Below are positions 11,845 through 23,383 of a DNA stretch of 41,869 bases, one piece after another. Source of the stretch: Tubiluchus corallicola. Lineage: Eukaryota > Animalia > Priapulida. A program made the position numbers and the translations under genes. The stretch covers positions 1-41,869 of the forward strand of contig JAQGDQ010001422.1 in NCBI GenBank assembly GCA_030141605.1, read 5' to 3'. Each line of letters opens with the position of its first letter. Position 1 is the stretch's first letter. The notes beneath the pieces were generated by a model. The model was not told the origin of the DNA and searched no databases. It was given only the letters and a program-made list of their open reading frames with translations.

Positions 11845-12390
11845 AGGAAGACCGGACGATTGTTTGTACTCAATCTCATTTTAAACTGTCCAAAATATAC
11901 ATTTTGTTGCCTATAAAAGTTAATAATTGTTCCTTATATTCGAATAATTAGCTTAGATCGTTAATTAACGGTAACCAAACACAGCTATTGCTTACGTCAG
12001 AAACTAACCACAGTTTGTGCAATGGCAGGCATCTTCCCTTGCGCATCAAGCACATTTGCGTAAGTGTTACAGTACTGCTTAAACGCATTATGTCACAAAA
12101 AATGGACTCTACGTCATATGACGTCAGAAACTAACACTGCAGTTCATGATCATGCTTATCACGGTACCGCCTTCTATTTATCGGCCACTCGAATGTGACA
12201 AAAAGGCGCTGTTGCCAATCTTAGTAGATTCACTGAATCGTGTGTAGCTTTGAAAGTTTAACAAAATTTGAGTATCCAAGGTAATAATTATTTAATCTAA
12301 ACTTTGATTTAAAATAAGCTATTGTAGTTTTCAATATTTTACAGCATTCTGTATCCTGAACTCGTGTTTACACAATCATCCGGTTTTCTT
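11845..12390 (+). mobile_element. Kolobok-like MITE (second full copy at 35606-36151)
   Basis: TTAA|AGGAAGACCGGACGATTG ... CAATCATCCGGTTTTCTT|TTAA. Confidence 0.82.
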
Positions 12391-12520
12391 TTAACTTGCT
12401 TATTTTAATAACATTTCTATGCAATGATGAACTTTGTCTTGCTGCTTTACTTTACTGACATTAAATATTTGTGCAAATCTTCTTGAGCTTGAACGTGAAT
12501 CAAATTTGATTTTTCCACAG

Positions 12521-12638
12521 ATGGAAAACATTCTTCTTGATCGTCAGTGGAACTTGAAGCTAATTGATTTTGGTTTGTCAAAATGGCTGAACAAAGGTCA
12601 AACCACACGTACCATCTGTGGAACTTTGATCTATATGG
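12521..12638 (+). CDS. RSKR: Kinase exon, subdomains VIb-VIII (MENILLD...IDFGLSK...TICGTLIYM)
   Basis: Acceptor TTCCACAG, donor GTAATT; DFG and activation loop; 118 nt, phase 0/1. Confidence 0.95.
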
Positions 12639-12660
12639 GTAATTTTATCGATTGTGTTAA

Positions 12661-12861
12661 CCCTTTCAGTCCCAAATTATTTTTTTAATAAGAAAACAAT
12701 TTTTGGCTTGGTACTTTTGTTCAGTATGTCCATCTTGTTTACACATAATATTTATTTTTTTCTACCTGTGCCCGCGTGCTAAATATAGCTTCCAAAATTT
12801 TATTAAATTTAAAGGCAGAAAATATTCTCGTATCCCACGGGATACAACGGGTATGAAAGGG
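12661..12861. mobile_element. piggyBac-like MITE
   Basis: TTAA|CCCTTTCA ... TGAAAGGG|TTAA; related longer copy at 17682-18063. Confidence 0.8.
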
Positions 12862-13741
12862 TTAAGAGAAACTCTTGCTCTGATTCATTATATCAACTGT
12901 CTATTGTCTATCAATTATAGCAAAATAACTACAAAACTGGACTATCCCAGTAAAGTTTCTAACCTTGCCTGCTTAAAAATCTCCATTAGCCAACATTGTC
13001 TCACCACGAAATAAAAGTGAAAATGCAATATTTCGATTTTTTAAAATTGTCGAAACTTTACTTCGCTTGTCTATACATTATACGGGCGGATGTATCTGAT
13101 AAAACAAAATGTCAGTTACTCAAATTACTCCACCTAAAAGAAGAAAGTAGTAGACAATAAATTCAAAATAACAATGATTTTTGCACATGCGCTAGCAATG
13201 TCGGTTGTCTACAGTTATTCCAGCATAGATAAGGGAACGTAACTAAGTGAATTTAAATTTCATATTAATAGTAAGTCACATGTCTTTAAGCAAAGGTATA
13301 ATGTATCCTATGGTGGTCAGCATAACCACAAATTATGCTGCTGCTGTTTACTAATGAAACACGGCGGTTTATCAAAAGTAATTTACGAATTATTTTGGGG
13401 GTAATTTTTTACCCCCCGGTTACCAAAATCGGTTGTAAAAAATCCTGACCCTATGAGGGTTAAAAGGTCAGCAGTTGTTAGGACAATCATTACCAAAATT
13501 AAAGGCATGCTTACCTGTCCACATCCCTCCACAAAGTTCCGCGGAAAGTGATTAAGTCGTTTTTACATAATCCTGTTAGCAAACGAACATTTATAACCTC
13601 GTTGGCAGAAGTAGCACCTCGACTGATTCAACATCAAAGCCCAGACTTGCCTGAAAAATATGATTGTTTTTACGGTCAAGTTACATTACAAATTGTTAGT
13701 TGTAAATGCATCGACTACTGTAGTGTTGTTTTGTATTTTAG

Positions 13742-13830
13742 CTCCAGAAGTTTTGTCTGTATTGAAGTACGATCACAAGTCGGATTGGTGGTCCGTCGGC
13801 GTTCTTATGTACGCGCTACTTACAGGAGAG
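13742..13830 (+). CDS. RSKR: Kinase exon, subdomains VIII-IX (APEVLSVLKYDHKSDWWSVGVLMYALLTGE)
   Basis: Acceptor TTTTAG, donor GTAAAC; APE and DWWS motifs; 89 nt, phase 1/0. Confidence 0.95.
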
Positions 13831-13958
13831 GTAAACAATGCTTGTCTTGACAATTCTTGTGTCGTAACGTGTGTAGCTTACCTACAATTGTGTTTTGAGG
13901 TATAACAAGTGGAAAACTAATCTTATTTCTCTGCAGAAATCAGCTTATTAAACGAATG

Positions 13959-16020
13959 GCTTCTATTTGAGTCCCAATGACTTTACTAGCAGTCTAGCAA
14001 TGAACTAAAGATGACTGCATCTATACAGCTTCTATTTGAATCGCAATGACTTTACTAGCAGTCTGGCAATGAGCTAAAGATGACTGCATCTATACAGCTT
14101 CTATTTGAGTCACAATGACTTTACTAGCAGTCTAGCAATGAACTAAAGATGTCTGCATCTATACAGCTTCTAGTTGAGTCGCAGTGACTTTACTAGCAGT
14201 CTAGCAATGAACTAAAAATGACTGTATCTATACAGCTTCTATTTGAGTCGCAATGACTTTACTAGCAGTCTAGCATTGAACTAAAGATGACTGCATCTAT
14301 ACCACTTCTATTTGAGTCGCAATGACTTTACTAGCAGTCTGGCAATGAACTAAAGATGACTGCATCTATACAGCTTCTATTTGAGTCGCAATGACTTTAC
14401 TAGCAGTCTGGCAATGAACTAAAGATGACTGCATCTATACAGCTTCTATTTGAGTCGCAATGACTTTACTAGCAGTCTGGCAATGAACTAAAGATGACTG
14501 CATCTATACAGCTTCTATTTGAGTCGCAATGACTTTACTAGCAGTCTGGCAATGAACTAAAAATGACTGCATCTATACAGCTTGTATTTGAGTCACAATG
14601 ACTTTACTAGCAGTCTGGCAATGAACTAAAGATGACTGCATCTATACAGCTTCTATTTGAGTCGCAGTGACTTTACTAGCAGTCTGGCAATGAACTAAAG
14701 ATGACTGCATCTATACAGCTTCTATTTGAGTCGCAATGACTTTACTAGCAGTCTAGCAATGAACTAAAAATGACTGCATCTATACAGCTTCTATTTGAGT
14801 CGCAATGACTTTACTAGCAGTCTGGCAATGAACTAAAAATGACTGCATCTATACAGCTTCTATTTGAGTCGCAATGACTTTACTAGCAGTCTAGCAATGA
14901 ACTAAAGATGACTGCATCTATACAGCTTGTATTTGAGTCACAATGACTTTACTAGCAGTCTGGCAATGAACTAAAGATGACTGCATCTATACAGCTTCTA
15001 TTTGAGTCGCAATGACTTTACTAGCAGTCTAGCAATGAACTAAAGATGACTGCATCTATACAGCTTCTATTTGAGTCGCAGTGACTTTACTAGCAGTCTG
15101 GCAATGAACTAAAGATGACTGCATCTATACAGCTTCTATTTGAGTCGCAATGACTTTACTAGCAGTCTAGCAATGAACTAAAAATGACTGCATCTATACA
15201 GCTTCTATTTGAGTCGCAATGACTTTACTAGCAGTCTGGCAATGAACTAAAAATGACTGCATCTATACAGCTTCTATTTGAGTCGCAATGACTTTACTAG
15301 CAGTCTGGCAATGAACTAAAGATGACTGCATCTATACAGCTTCTATTTGAGTCGCAATGACTTTACTAGCAGTCTGGCAATGAACTAAAGATGACTGCAT
15401 CTATACAGCTTCTATTTGAGTCGCAATGACTTTACTAGCAGTCTGGCAATGAACTAAAAATGACTGCATCTATACAGCTTCTATTTGAGTCGCAATGACT
15501 TTACTAGCAGTCTGGCAATGAACTAAAAATGACTGCATCTATACAGCTTCTATTTGAGTCGCAATGACTTTACTAGCAGTCTGGCAATGAACTAAAGATG
15601 ACTGCATCTATACAGCTTCTATTTGAGTCGCAATGACTTTACTAGCAGTCTAGCATTGAACTAAAGATGACTGCATCTATACAGCTTCTATTTGAGTCGC
15701 AATGACTTTACTAGCAGTCTAGCAATGAACTAAAAATGACTGCATCTATACAGCTTCTATTTGAGTCGCAATGACTTTACTAGCAGTCTAGCATTGAACT
15801 AAAGATGACTGCATCTATACAGCTTCTATTTGAGTTGCAATGACTTTACTAGCAGTCTAGCAATGAACTAAAGATGACTGCATATATACAGCTTCTATTT
15901 GAGTCGCAATGACTTTACTAGCAGTCTAGCAATGAACTAAAAATGACTGCATCTATACAGCTTCTATTTGAGTCGCAATGACTTTACTAGCAGTCTAGCA
16001 ATGAACTAAAGATGACTGCA
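13959..16020. repeat. 69-bp minisatellite, ~30 copies
   Basis: Unit GCTTCTATTTGAGTCGCAATGACTTTACTAGCAGTCT(A/G)GCAATGAACTAAAGATGACTGCATCTATACA. Confidence 0.97.
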
Positions 16021-16854
16021 TGTGGCTGTAGTATTTTTACAGTCATCATAGGCAGTAAAATGCAGACTTTGGATTACTATGCAAAATAAGACACTGTTAA
16101 ACCAGCAGATATTTTGTGTTCTGATTCTTTTACATTTCTGGAACAAGATGAATGTGCCATGAATCAGATAATGCTTGGAGCAGTATTGCAGTTGAAACCA
16201 TCCCAAAACAGGCCTAATGTTGCTTAACTTTGAATTCAACTGTCTCAAACGCATCATAACAATTCAATGAATAGCTTTTACTGAGTCGTTATCTCACTTC
16301 CCTGGCTTTACTTATTCCTGTATTTGTGTAAACAAAGGTGCAGAACAAGCGAAGGATCGTTCTTTGTCAGTAACTTTGTTTACTAACAAACTTTTATTTA
16401 CTAGCTTTGTTTACTAACAAACTTTATTTGTTAATATAATGGATGATGTCAGAACAATGGCTTTGTGTCAGCAGTTTTCCAAGCGAAAATTGCCGAAAAT
16501 AGAACATCTAGTTAACTCGTCGGCACTCATTTTGGTGGACGTGTACTAAAATATAGTCCACACCATTGCGTAGCCCCATTCTTCCTCTTTCTAAAGAGCT
16601 ATATATCTCCTACCGAGAGTCCCACCAGGCGCCGCTAGAACGTTTTTTCCGCATGCTGTTTGACTAAAATTTCGAGAAAATTGTGAGTTGGGTCCGGGAA
16701 AACGTCCGTTACTGATTGTTTTATTTCGTATAAGAGGCATGGAAAGTTAATATTGATTAGCAAATTATTGTGGCCTTTTAATTTTAATTATTTTCATATT
16801 ATTTGTGTAAGTGCAATAATTTAGTTTTTTAACTGTAATGTGTTTCGTTTTAAT

Positions 16855-17127
16855 AAACTTACTTGGTTACTTAGTTGTTTACTTACTTGTTTACTTACTT
16901 GTTTACTTAGTTGTTAACTTGCTTGTTTACTTACTTGTTTACTTAGTTGTTTACTTACTTGCTTACTTAGTTGTTTACTTACTTGTTTATTTTCTTGTGT
17001 ACCTGGTTGTTTACTTGTTTCTTACTTGTTTACTTAGTTGTTTACTTACTTGTGTACTTAGTTGTTTACTTGTTTCTTAGTTGTTTACTTAGTTGTTTAC
17101 TTACTTGTTTATTTTCTTGTTTACTTA
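16855..17127. repeat. Degenerate 12-bp repeat (TGTTTACTTACT/TGTTTACTTAGT)
   Basis: Direct reading. Confidence 0.9.
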
Positions 17128-17211
17128 AGTAGAACATTTGTATATCAACATGTGTACCATTTACTTTTGCTGTGTTAACAACTGATGCTAAAATTTTTAT
17201 ATTATTACAAG

Positions 17212-17322
17212 TATCCCATCTACGGAGTTCAGCATCATACGAAGATGGCAGAACTTGTTGATGAGTTTGATTATTCTCTTAGCAACGTGTATTCATCACA
17301 AGCCAGAAATCTTGTCTCCAAG
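17212..17322 (+). CDS. RSKR: Kinase exon, subdomains X-XI (YPIYGVQHHTKMAELV...ARNLVSK)
   Basis: Fills the gap between TGE and LLCRKP in frame; less common AAG acceptor, donor GTATGT; 111 nt, phase 0/0. Confidence 0.87.
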
Positions 17323-17681
17323 GTATGTAACAGCGTTATAAATACGTTATAAAAGAATTTCATCTTTTTAATTTCACTAAAAATCTTATATAAAATAGAC
17401 ATTTACACAAAGAAAGGACATTCGTACACCTCAAAGTGAGGTTTTCCGTTTTTTCTATTTTCTTTAATAACTTTTTGTGGTGATGTGGTTTTTCTACTAC
17501 CTGCAGTTTTGTATAATGAGTCATTTAGTTTTGAGTCATTTGTTAGGCAAATTTAAAATGTAAGTATGAGTTATTTGGTTTTGAGTCATTTGTTAGGCAA
17601 ATTTAAAATGTAAGTTCTGAGTGCATAAAGTTTTATTTCAATTCAAACTTTGTTCAGTCGTTAGAGTTACTTAGATGCTAA

Positions 17682-18063
17682 CCCTTTCATACCCATTGTA
17701 TCCCGTGGGATACAAGAATATTTTCTGCCTTTATAATTAATAAAATTTTAAAACTGACAGTTGTTTGATCTGCTAATAGTTATTTTGATTTAAGCCAATA
17801 ACAATAGACTAAAAATAGTGATAAAATGGCAAACTAGAAAATCTACATAGCATAAAAAACTGTGCAAGGTACAGTACTTTAGAGACAACTTTGTACAGAT
17901 CAGCATAGCATGCATACTAAATGTCTTAAATACTTTAAAAAATTATCAACAGTTACAAAATGAAGCACATTTTATGCTTCCATTGAATCTCAATGTATAT
18001 ATTGAACAAAAGTACCAAGCCAAAAAAATTTTTCTTATAAAAAATAATTTGGGACTGAAAGGG
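17682..18063. mobile_element. piggyBac-like MITE, opposite orientation to 12661-12861
   Basis: CTAA|CCCTTTCATACCC ... GGGACTGAAAGGG|TTAA; shares both subterminal regions with the other copy. Confidence 0.78.
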
Positions 18064-18403
18064 TTAAACAGGTTTTTTGTCAGTTCTTTTTTTGTTCACT
18101 CATCCATTCTTTTTTTATCGGGTTCACATGACAGTGGGCTTATACAAGCCTTTGCTTCTCTAGCCCACTGCAGTACAATTATTCTTTTATGATAACGATA
18201 GTGTATGAAATATGACAATTTAATACAATATGACGTAATAATTTTGATGTCACTGTGTGCTTAATGTCATTATATTGTACTGAATGTGATAATAATAAAC
18301 TAAAAAAAACTAAAACCTAATTTCTCTCCGAGTTTCCAGGTGGTTATTGTGGGACAGAAAACGTTGAAAACAGACTATGAATTTAATGCATTGTTTGTTA
18401 CAG

Positions 18404-18567
18404 TTGCTTTGTCGGAAGCCAGAAAGGAGACTCCATTCCTTGAAAGCTTTGAAAAGGCATCCGTTCTACCGTGGCTTCTCATTTGAGGACGTGCTCGAGA
18501 GAACTGTGTCTCCTAGGCAACTCATCCGAGAAGAAAAGTTTAGTAGGAATGAAATTAATGACACAAG
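18404..18567 (+). CDS. RSKR: Kinase exon, subdomain XI and start of C-tail (LLCRKPERRL...HPFYRGFSFEDVL...)
   Basis: Acceptor TGTTACAG, donor GTAAGA; 164 nt, phase 0/2; LL..P.RR and HPF motifs. Confidence 0.92.
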
Positions 18568-18671
18568 GTAAGATGCTCCTTATTAATGTACAACACGCTA
18601 AAGCAGTAGTGGAAATCAATATACAGTAGGCGCCACTTGATAGACTCAAAGCAGTAGTGGAAATCAATATA

Positions 18672-20107
18672 CAGTAGGTGCCATTTGATAGACTCACGGT
18701 TAATAGACTCAATCGCTTAATTGACTCAAAAACGCCTGGTACGGGCCGCTTCTATTCAAATATACATAAAAACTATCAGTAATTGACTCAAATAACTCAG
18801 CATAATTGACTCAATATTTTTCCTTCAATTACTTAAAATAAGATATTTGTATGTGCCCAAAGAGCCTCTCCTACTTTTATGTCATCTTTACTTCCCTTTT
18901 GTGCATTATATATGTACAAACAATCATATTAAGTACAGTTTAGTTTGTAAACAGGTACGTTTATCATGTGCTAATACGCTAGCGTAGCGGTTTTGCTTTG
19001 AATCTGTTACCTGCTCGCCCACTGCAATTAACCTCGTTACCCAAAGAATTTCTGGAAGCTAAACATTTGATCACTTGTCTAGCGGTTTCCTTTTGATGCT
19101 CTAGTTGCAAATGACGCTTTCAGGCTTAATGAGTTAACAGTCAAAGATGCAGGTCCAGTAATCAGCCAGTATTCCTTGTGACTTACAAGAGTAAACATCA
19201 TACAGGAAATAAGAGCAGTGTAAGTGAGCAGACGATTCAGAACTGTTTTAGCCACAACAGATTTTCAAAGTTTTTATAATTACGAGAACTTTGTGGGCCA
19301 ACTTCTTCGCGAGAAAATGAAGCAGCCGAATTTGAAGGAATTTTTGCAAATAAACAGACTTAGAAAAGTCTGTGATTTAGAAAAGTATACTTTTTAATTT
19401 ATTGCTAATTCACTTATATAAATTAATATTTTAAAATGTTTTCTATTTTTTAACTGCACAAAGGAATTTAGGCATTACTTCGTTTCTAAAATTCATTAAA
19501 GACCTTTGCAGTGCATACTAAGCTGATGACTCATACTTCTATAGCAGTAATACTACACCCATCGGTTAATGGATTCAGTCAGTTAATTGGGTCAAAACAC
19601 GTCGGTCCCAAAGTGAGTCTGTTAAGCAGCATCTACTGCAGGGATGTGCAAATTATCTGACTAGCCGGGCCACATTAAACTTTCCCGCAATTCCTGCAGG
19701 CCGCAGGCAGTTTGATCAAGGAGCCAAGTACAGAAAGGCCTAATAACGACTTTTTTTGCATCCGACCTGCGTACATCATTACTATTACACTCAAGAAACT
19801 ATTTTAGAAGTTACTAAAATTTATATTACAAACCATATGTTTCTACTTTCAGGACAGATAGTGGTAATTTCATTTCAATGCATATTAGTAATGTGTATCA
19901 CACAGTCTGTGTAGTACAGTGACATTAAGCTACAACCGTCTTGTAACGGTTAATGGCATCCGATCTAGTAGAAAAAACTACCCGCACTATCTTTGGGACG
20001 TGGCACGGACTTCAGTTAGATACACTCAATTAATCGCCCGGGCCGCGCTTTCATTAGGTTGACAAATCCTCTCGGCGGGCCGCAATTTGCACACCCCTGG
20101 TCTACTG
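18672..20107. mobile_element. Tigger/pogo-like MITE with a hAT element inserted in its right TIR
   Basis: TA|CAGTAGGTGCCATTTGATAGACTCAC ... GTGAGTCTGTTAAGCAGCATCTACTG [insert] GTCTACTG|TA; repeated TTAATTGACTCA subterminal motifs. Confidence 0.75.
19639..20099. mobile_element. hAT-like MITE
   Basis: TIR CAGGGATGTGCAAATT / AATTTGCACACCCCTG; 8-bp TSD ATCTACTG / GTCTACTG; GGGCCGC subterminal motifs. Confidence 0.82.
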
Positions 20108-20268
20108 TATAAGAAGTTAAAATGTGTCTTCTGTCTAACAACTAATAATAGATTCAACGACTGAGATGGTTATGGGCTCATTGTCACTTTTCTTTTGTAG
20201 CTAGTAACTCTTCCAGATTTCGTTGATTGTGGCGTCAAGCTGAGTGTTGATCTCTTGTTTCTGTTTAG

Positions 20269-20377
20269 ATCTGAGAGCGAGGAAAGCGTATTATTAACCG
20301 ACGTGGAGTCAGAAATTAAGAAAGCCGATGCTAACGTCAAGCATCGTCACATGCAAACGTACGAAAACTTGAAGAAG
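20269..20377 (+). CDS. C-terminal extension exon of the kinase gene (SESEESVLL...QTYENLKK)
   Basis: Acceptor CTGTTTAG, donor GTGAGT; 109 nt, phase 2/0, compatible with the previous exon. Confidence 0.8.
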
Positions 20378-20496
20378 GTGAGTGCCTGGGTCTCATCACG
20401 GAAGCTGAACGAGGGTTTCTCCAGCTCGACTAGCTTTGTGGTTTGAACATCGCCTAGCCGCATGTTTTTCTGCATTCGGTACCAATAATCTATTTG

Positions 20497-20796
20497 AATG
20501 AGCCTTTTCACAGTTTCGATGAAAGCACGCACATTTGTTCCAGGTCAAAGGTTAAGTGTGCCAAGGCAACGCATATTAACTAAAACCGTGGCGTGTGTAA
20601 AGCAAAGCTGTCTGCCGCATCAGTTCAGTGACTTCGGTTGTTTTATGTTGACTTTGCTTAATTGTGCATTAGTCTGTACGTAGAGCTATTTGCTTGGGTG
20701 GTGTTGTCAAGTGTACACAAATGCGTTGTCTGGGTCACTTAACCTTTGACATTTTCACGATCATCATCAATCGCTAAAACTGTGAAAATGTTTATT
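20497..20796. mobile_element. ~300-350-bp MITE family with AATGAGCCTTTTCACAGTTT TIR (copy 1 of 4)
   Basis: TIRs visible; homologous copies at 22881-23212, 31264-31617 and 39597-39950. Confidence 0.8.
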
Positions 20797-21317
20797 GCGT
20801 TTGTTTCTGTTGTGACGTTTGAAAATGTTGTCGATCACTTGATGCTTTTTCAAAAAAAAAACCGTTATTGTCGTTGTTTTGTAAAAATAAAGGATTTGGT
20901 AGTTCTTTTTTTGGATGTCGATGATTGAGTCTGTCATCGAATAATGGGGAAAGAGGTTCTTTACCTTAAGCAAACTCTCAAGGGACATTTTTTTCTGTTT
21001 TATAAGTTTTTACGAAAATGAATAATCACTTTAACCATTTAGTTTTTTGTTACGAAAAGGAAAGAAATCGTAATTCTTCTGCCTGAAGTTCGTATCAGTT
21101 ACGGACATTTCACATTGATTTCTGTTTGATTAGAAATTGATCATCACTTGCTGCTTCCCTGCCATCCAGTCCGGATAAAATCTGTTACTTGAACGGCCTT
21201 CATACTTTCCATTTGAATATTTTAACATGTCTTAGTTTGATCACTATAAGAAATCAAATGTTTAATTTTTATACCTTTTTATCTTGCTTAAATATGATTA
21301 GATTGACTAACTAATCT

Positions 21318-21405
21318 ATTATTATTGTTATTATTATTGTTGTTGTTGTTATCGTTATCATTATTATATTGTTGTTGTTGTTGTTGTTGTTGTCGCTGCT
21401 GCTGC

Positions 21406-21439
<34 letters not shown>

Positions 21440-21593
21440 GTTATCGTTATCATTATTATTATTATTATTATTATTATCTTAACTAATTTTTATTAACTAA
21501 TCTATTGTACTATAATATCTAAAATGCATATGATTTTCATGTAGCGATGAAATATATATATAGTAGCCATTGTATATATATATATATGTATAT

Positions 21594-21629
<36 letters not shown>
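21318..21629. repeat. (ATT)n/(GTT)n, (TA)n and (AAT)n microsatellite cluster
   Basis: Direct reading. Confidence 0.9.
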
Positions 21630-21658
21630 CATTACATGATTTAATTTAAATATTACAG

Positions 21659-21852
21659 AATAGCAGCAGACGGCGTACTATGATGTTTGATCAGATGGAG
21701 CGCCTTCCTGCTCCGGGTTTCAACTTGGGACGAAATCGGGGCAACATCACGGAGTTCTATCAAGAGTTGGGATCCCTCAGTGACTCCAGTCAAACTCCTG
21801 AGAGTGTAAATGGTTTGCACCGTCCACCGAGAAGGAGGGCTTCACTCAATAG
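21659..21852 (+). CDS. C-terminal extension exon (NSSRRRTMMFDQ...PRRRASLNR)
   Basis: Acceptor TTACAG; GC-richer open frame; donor AG|GTTGGC chosen because it gives the phase 2 needed by the next exon; 194 nt. Confidence 0.7.
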
Positions 21853-22529
21853 GTTGGCTGTGTTTGTTGTGATCGTAGTTTGTCATTGAAGCTGGGTTTT
21901 GTCCGGCGACAGCTTGTGTATAGGAACTGTGGAACTGCAACACCCCCTATTTTCATTCGTTATTATCAATGATATTCGATACAATGAATCCTTTTTCTTT
22001 AGTTCTTTCTTCATACTTTTATAGAACCAGAGCACGTGATGGAACTGCTTGTTGCAAAGGTCCAGCACTTTGCGCTTAACATGGTTATTTTGCGCATACG
22101 GCTTTGCATACGTGTCTGAGATAAGATGCTGCACTTTAGGTAGAAAAAGCACTGTCGCTCACACAGTGTGTGTTGTCAGTTGTCAAAGTGTAGAATTAGA
22201 TTTTGACTCAGCCTGTGTTGTGCTTAGGGTTATTCAAATCATTTAATCATGGCCTCCTTACATCCCAAAAAACTCGTATTTTTGTTTGATTTTTTAAAAT
22301 TACAATTACAAATTACAACGTTAAAATTACACATGTTTGTTTCGTTTTACACAGTATTAAAACAGTGGCTAAAAATTTTCTGAAGCAACCCCCCCCCCAC
22401 TAATTTCAGCTACGAGCCGCCAGTGATTTTGTCTAAACATAAGGGGTGGGAAGAGGATAGAGTTTACTAAGGTTGATCAAAGAGGGCATGTATTCAAGCA
22501 GCAGAGATTAGACATCTATTTAATCATAA

Positions 22530-22656
22530 ATTTAAAGTCAGCAGGGCAACAGCAGGTGCCATTTTTAAGGTCTATGGTATGACGCGGCCGCTGGTTCGAA
22601 CTCACGACCTCCCAGACGGAAAGCAGACGCATTACCACTAGACTAAACCGTCTGGT
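22530..22656 (-). mobile_element. tRNA-derived SINE, 5' head and core
   Basis: Minus strand: A-box-like TAGTCTAGTGG and B-box-like GAGTTCGAACC, followed by non-tRNA body CGTCATACCATAGACCTTAAAAATGGCACCTGCTG; no clear acceptor stem. Confidence 0.7.
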
Positions 22657-22725
22657 CTAGACTAACAGTATGATTCTTAGTACATTTGTAAACAACAAAT
22701 CTCAGAGATACGTGTTTTATTTCAG

Positions 22726-22804
22726 GTCTACCTCAAGTTCTGAATCTCAGCAGTATGATAGCAATTTGCCGGAAGTACATAATCCCCGCTTACTAAAATT
22801 AAAG
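22726..22804 (+). CDS. C-terminal extension exon (STSSSESQQYDSNLPEVHNPRLLKLK)
   Basis: Acceptor TTTTATTTCAG, donor GTAACT; 79 nt, phase 2/0. Confidence 0.72.
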
Positions 22805-22880
22805 GTAACTTGTGCGGAAATTAAAAATCCGTAACAAATAATATTTTGATGCATTTTTCTAGTAGAAATACAACTTATAC

Positions 22881-23212
22881 AATAAGTCTTTTCACTGTTT
22901 CATTGTGTGCATTCACACTTGCTGTAGGTCAAAGGTTAAGTATACCACAGCAACGTGTCTTATTTACAATTGTCACATGACATGTGAAAGCAAAGCATCG
23001 TTCAGTAACGTCAGTTGTTTTACATGGATTTTACTTAATTATGCATTAGTCTGTGCGTAGAGTGATTTACTATCAGGATCTTGCTTAGGAACAAGAAAAA
23101 ATGAACTAGGTAAGGTTCTGGCTAGCAACATGAGCTGCGAGGCGTTGTCAAGTGTACACAAATGTGTTTTCTGTTACACTTAACCTTCGCTGGAACTGTG
23201 AAAAGGCTTTAT
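22881..23212. mobile_element. Same MITE family as 20497-20796 (copy 2)
   Basis: AATAAGTCTTTTCACTGTTT ... AACTGTGAAAAGGCTTT; shared internal GGTCAAAGGTTAAG and TGCATTAGTCTGT. Confidence 0.78.
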
Positions 23213-23383
23213 GTAATTATTGTATTGAAACAAAAAAATAACTTTCTATCAGTTTCTAATTAGATTAATAAATGATTTCTAATATAAATTATATTTTCTG
23301 TGTTAATTCTCGTCTTGATCTTCTTGTATCATAAATTCTCTTACAGCAAGTTAATTATAATTTATCTAGGAAAATTCCATTAA

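Noticed and set aside
13959-16020. CRISPR-like regular repeat array (also considered for 4626-7798 and 34418-34683)
   Set aside because: Units are head-to-tail with no unique spacers, there are no cas genes, and the context is eukaryotic.
22580-22656. tRNA gene
   Set aside because: A and B boxes are present, but there is no clear acceptor stem and the sequence runs into a SINE-like body.
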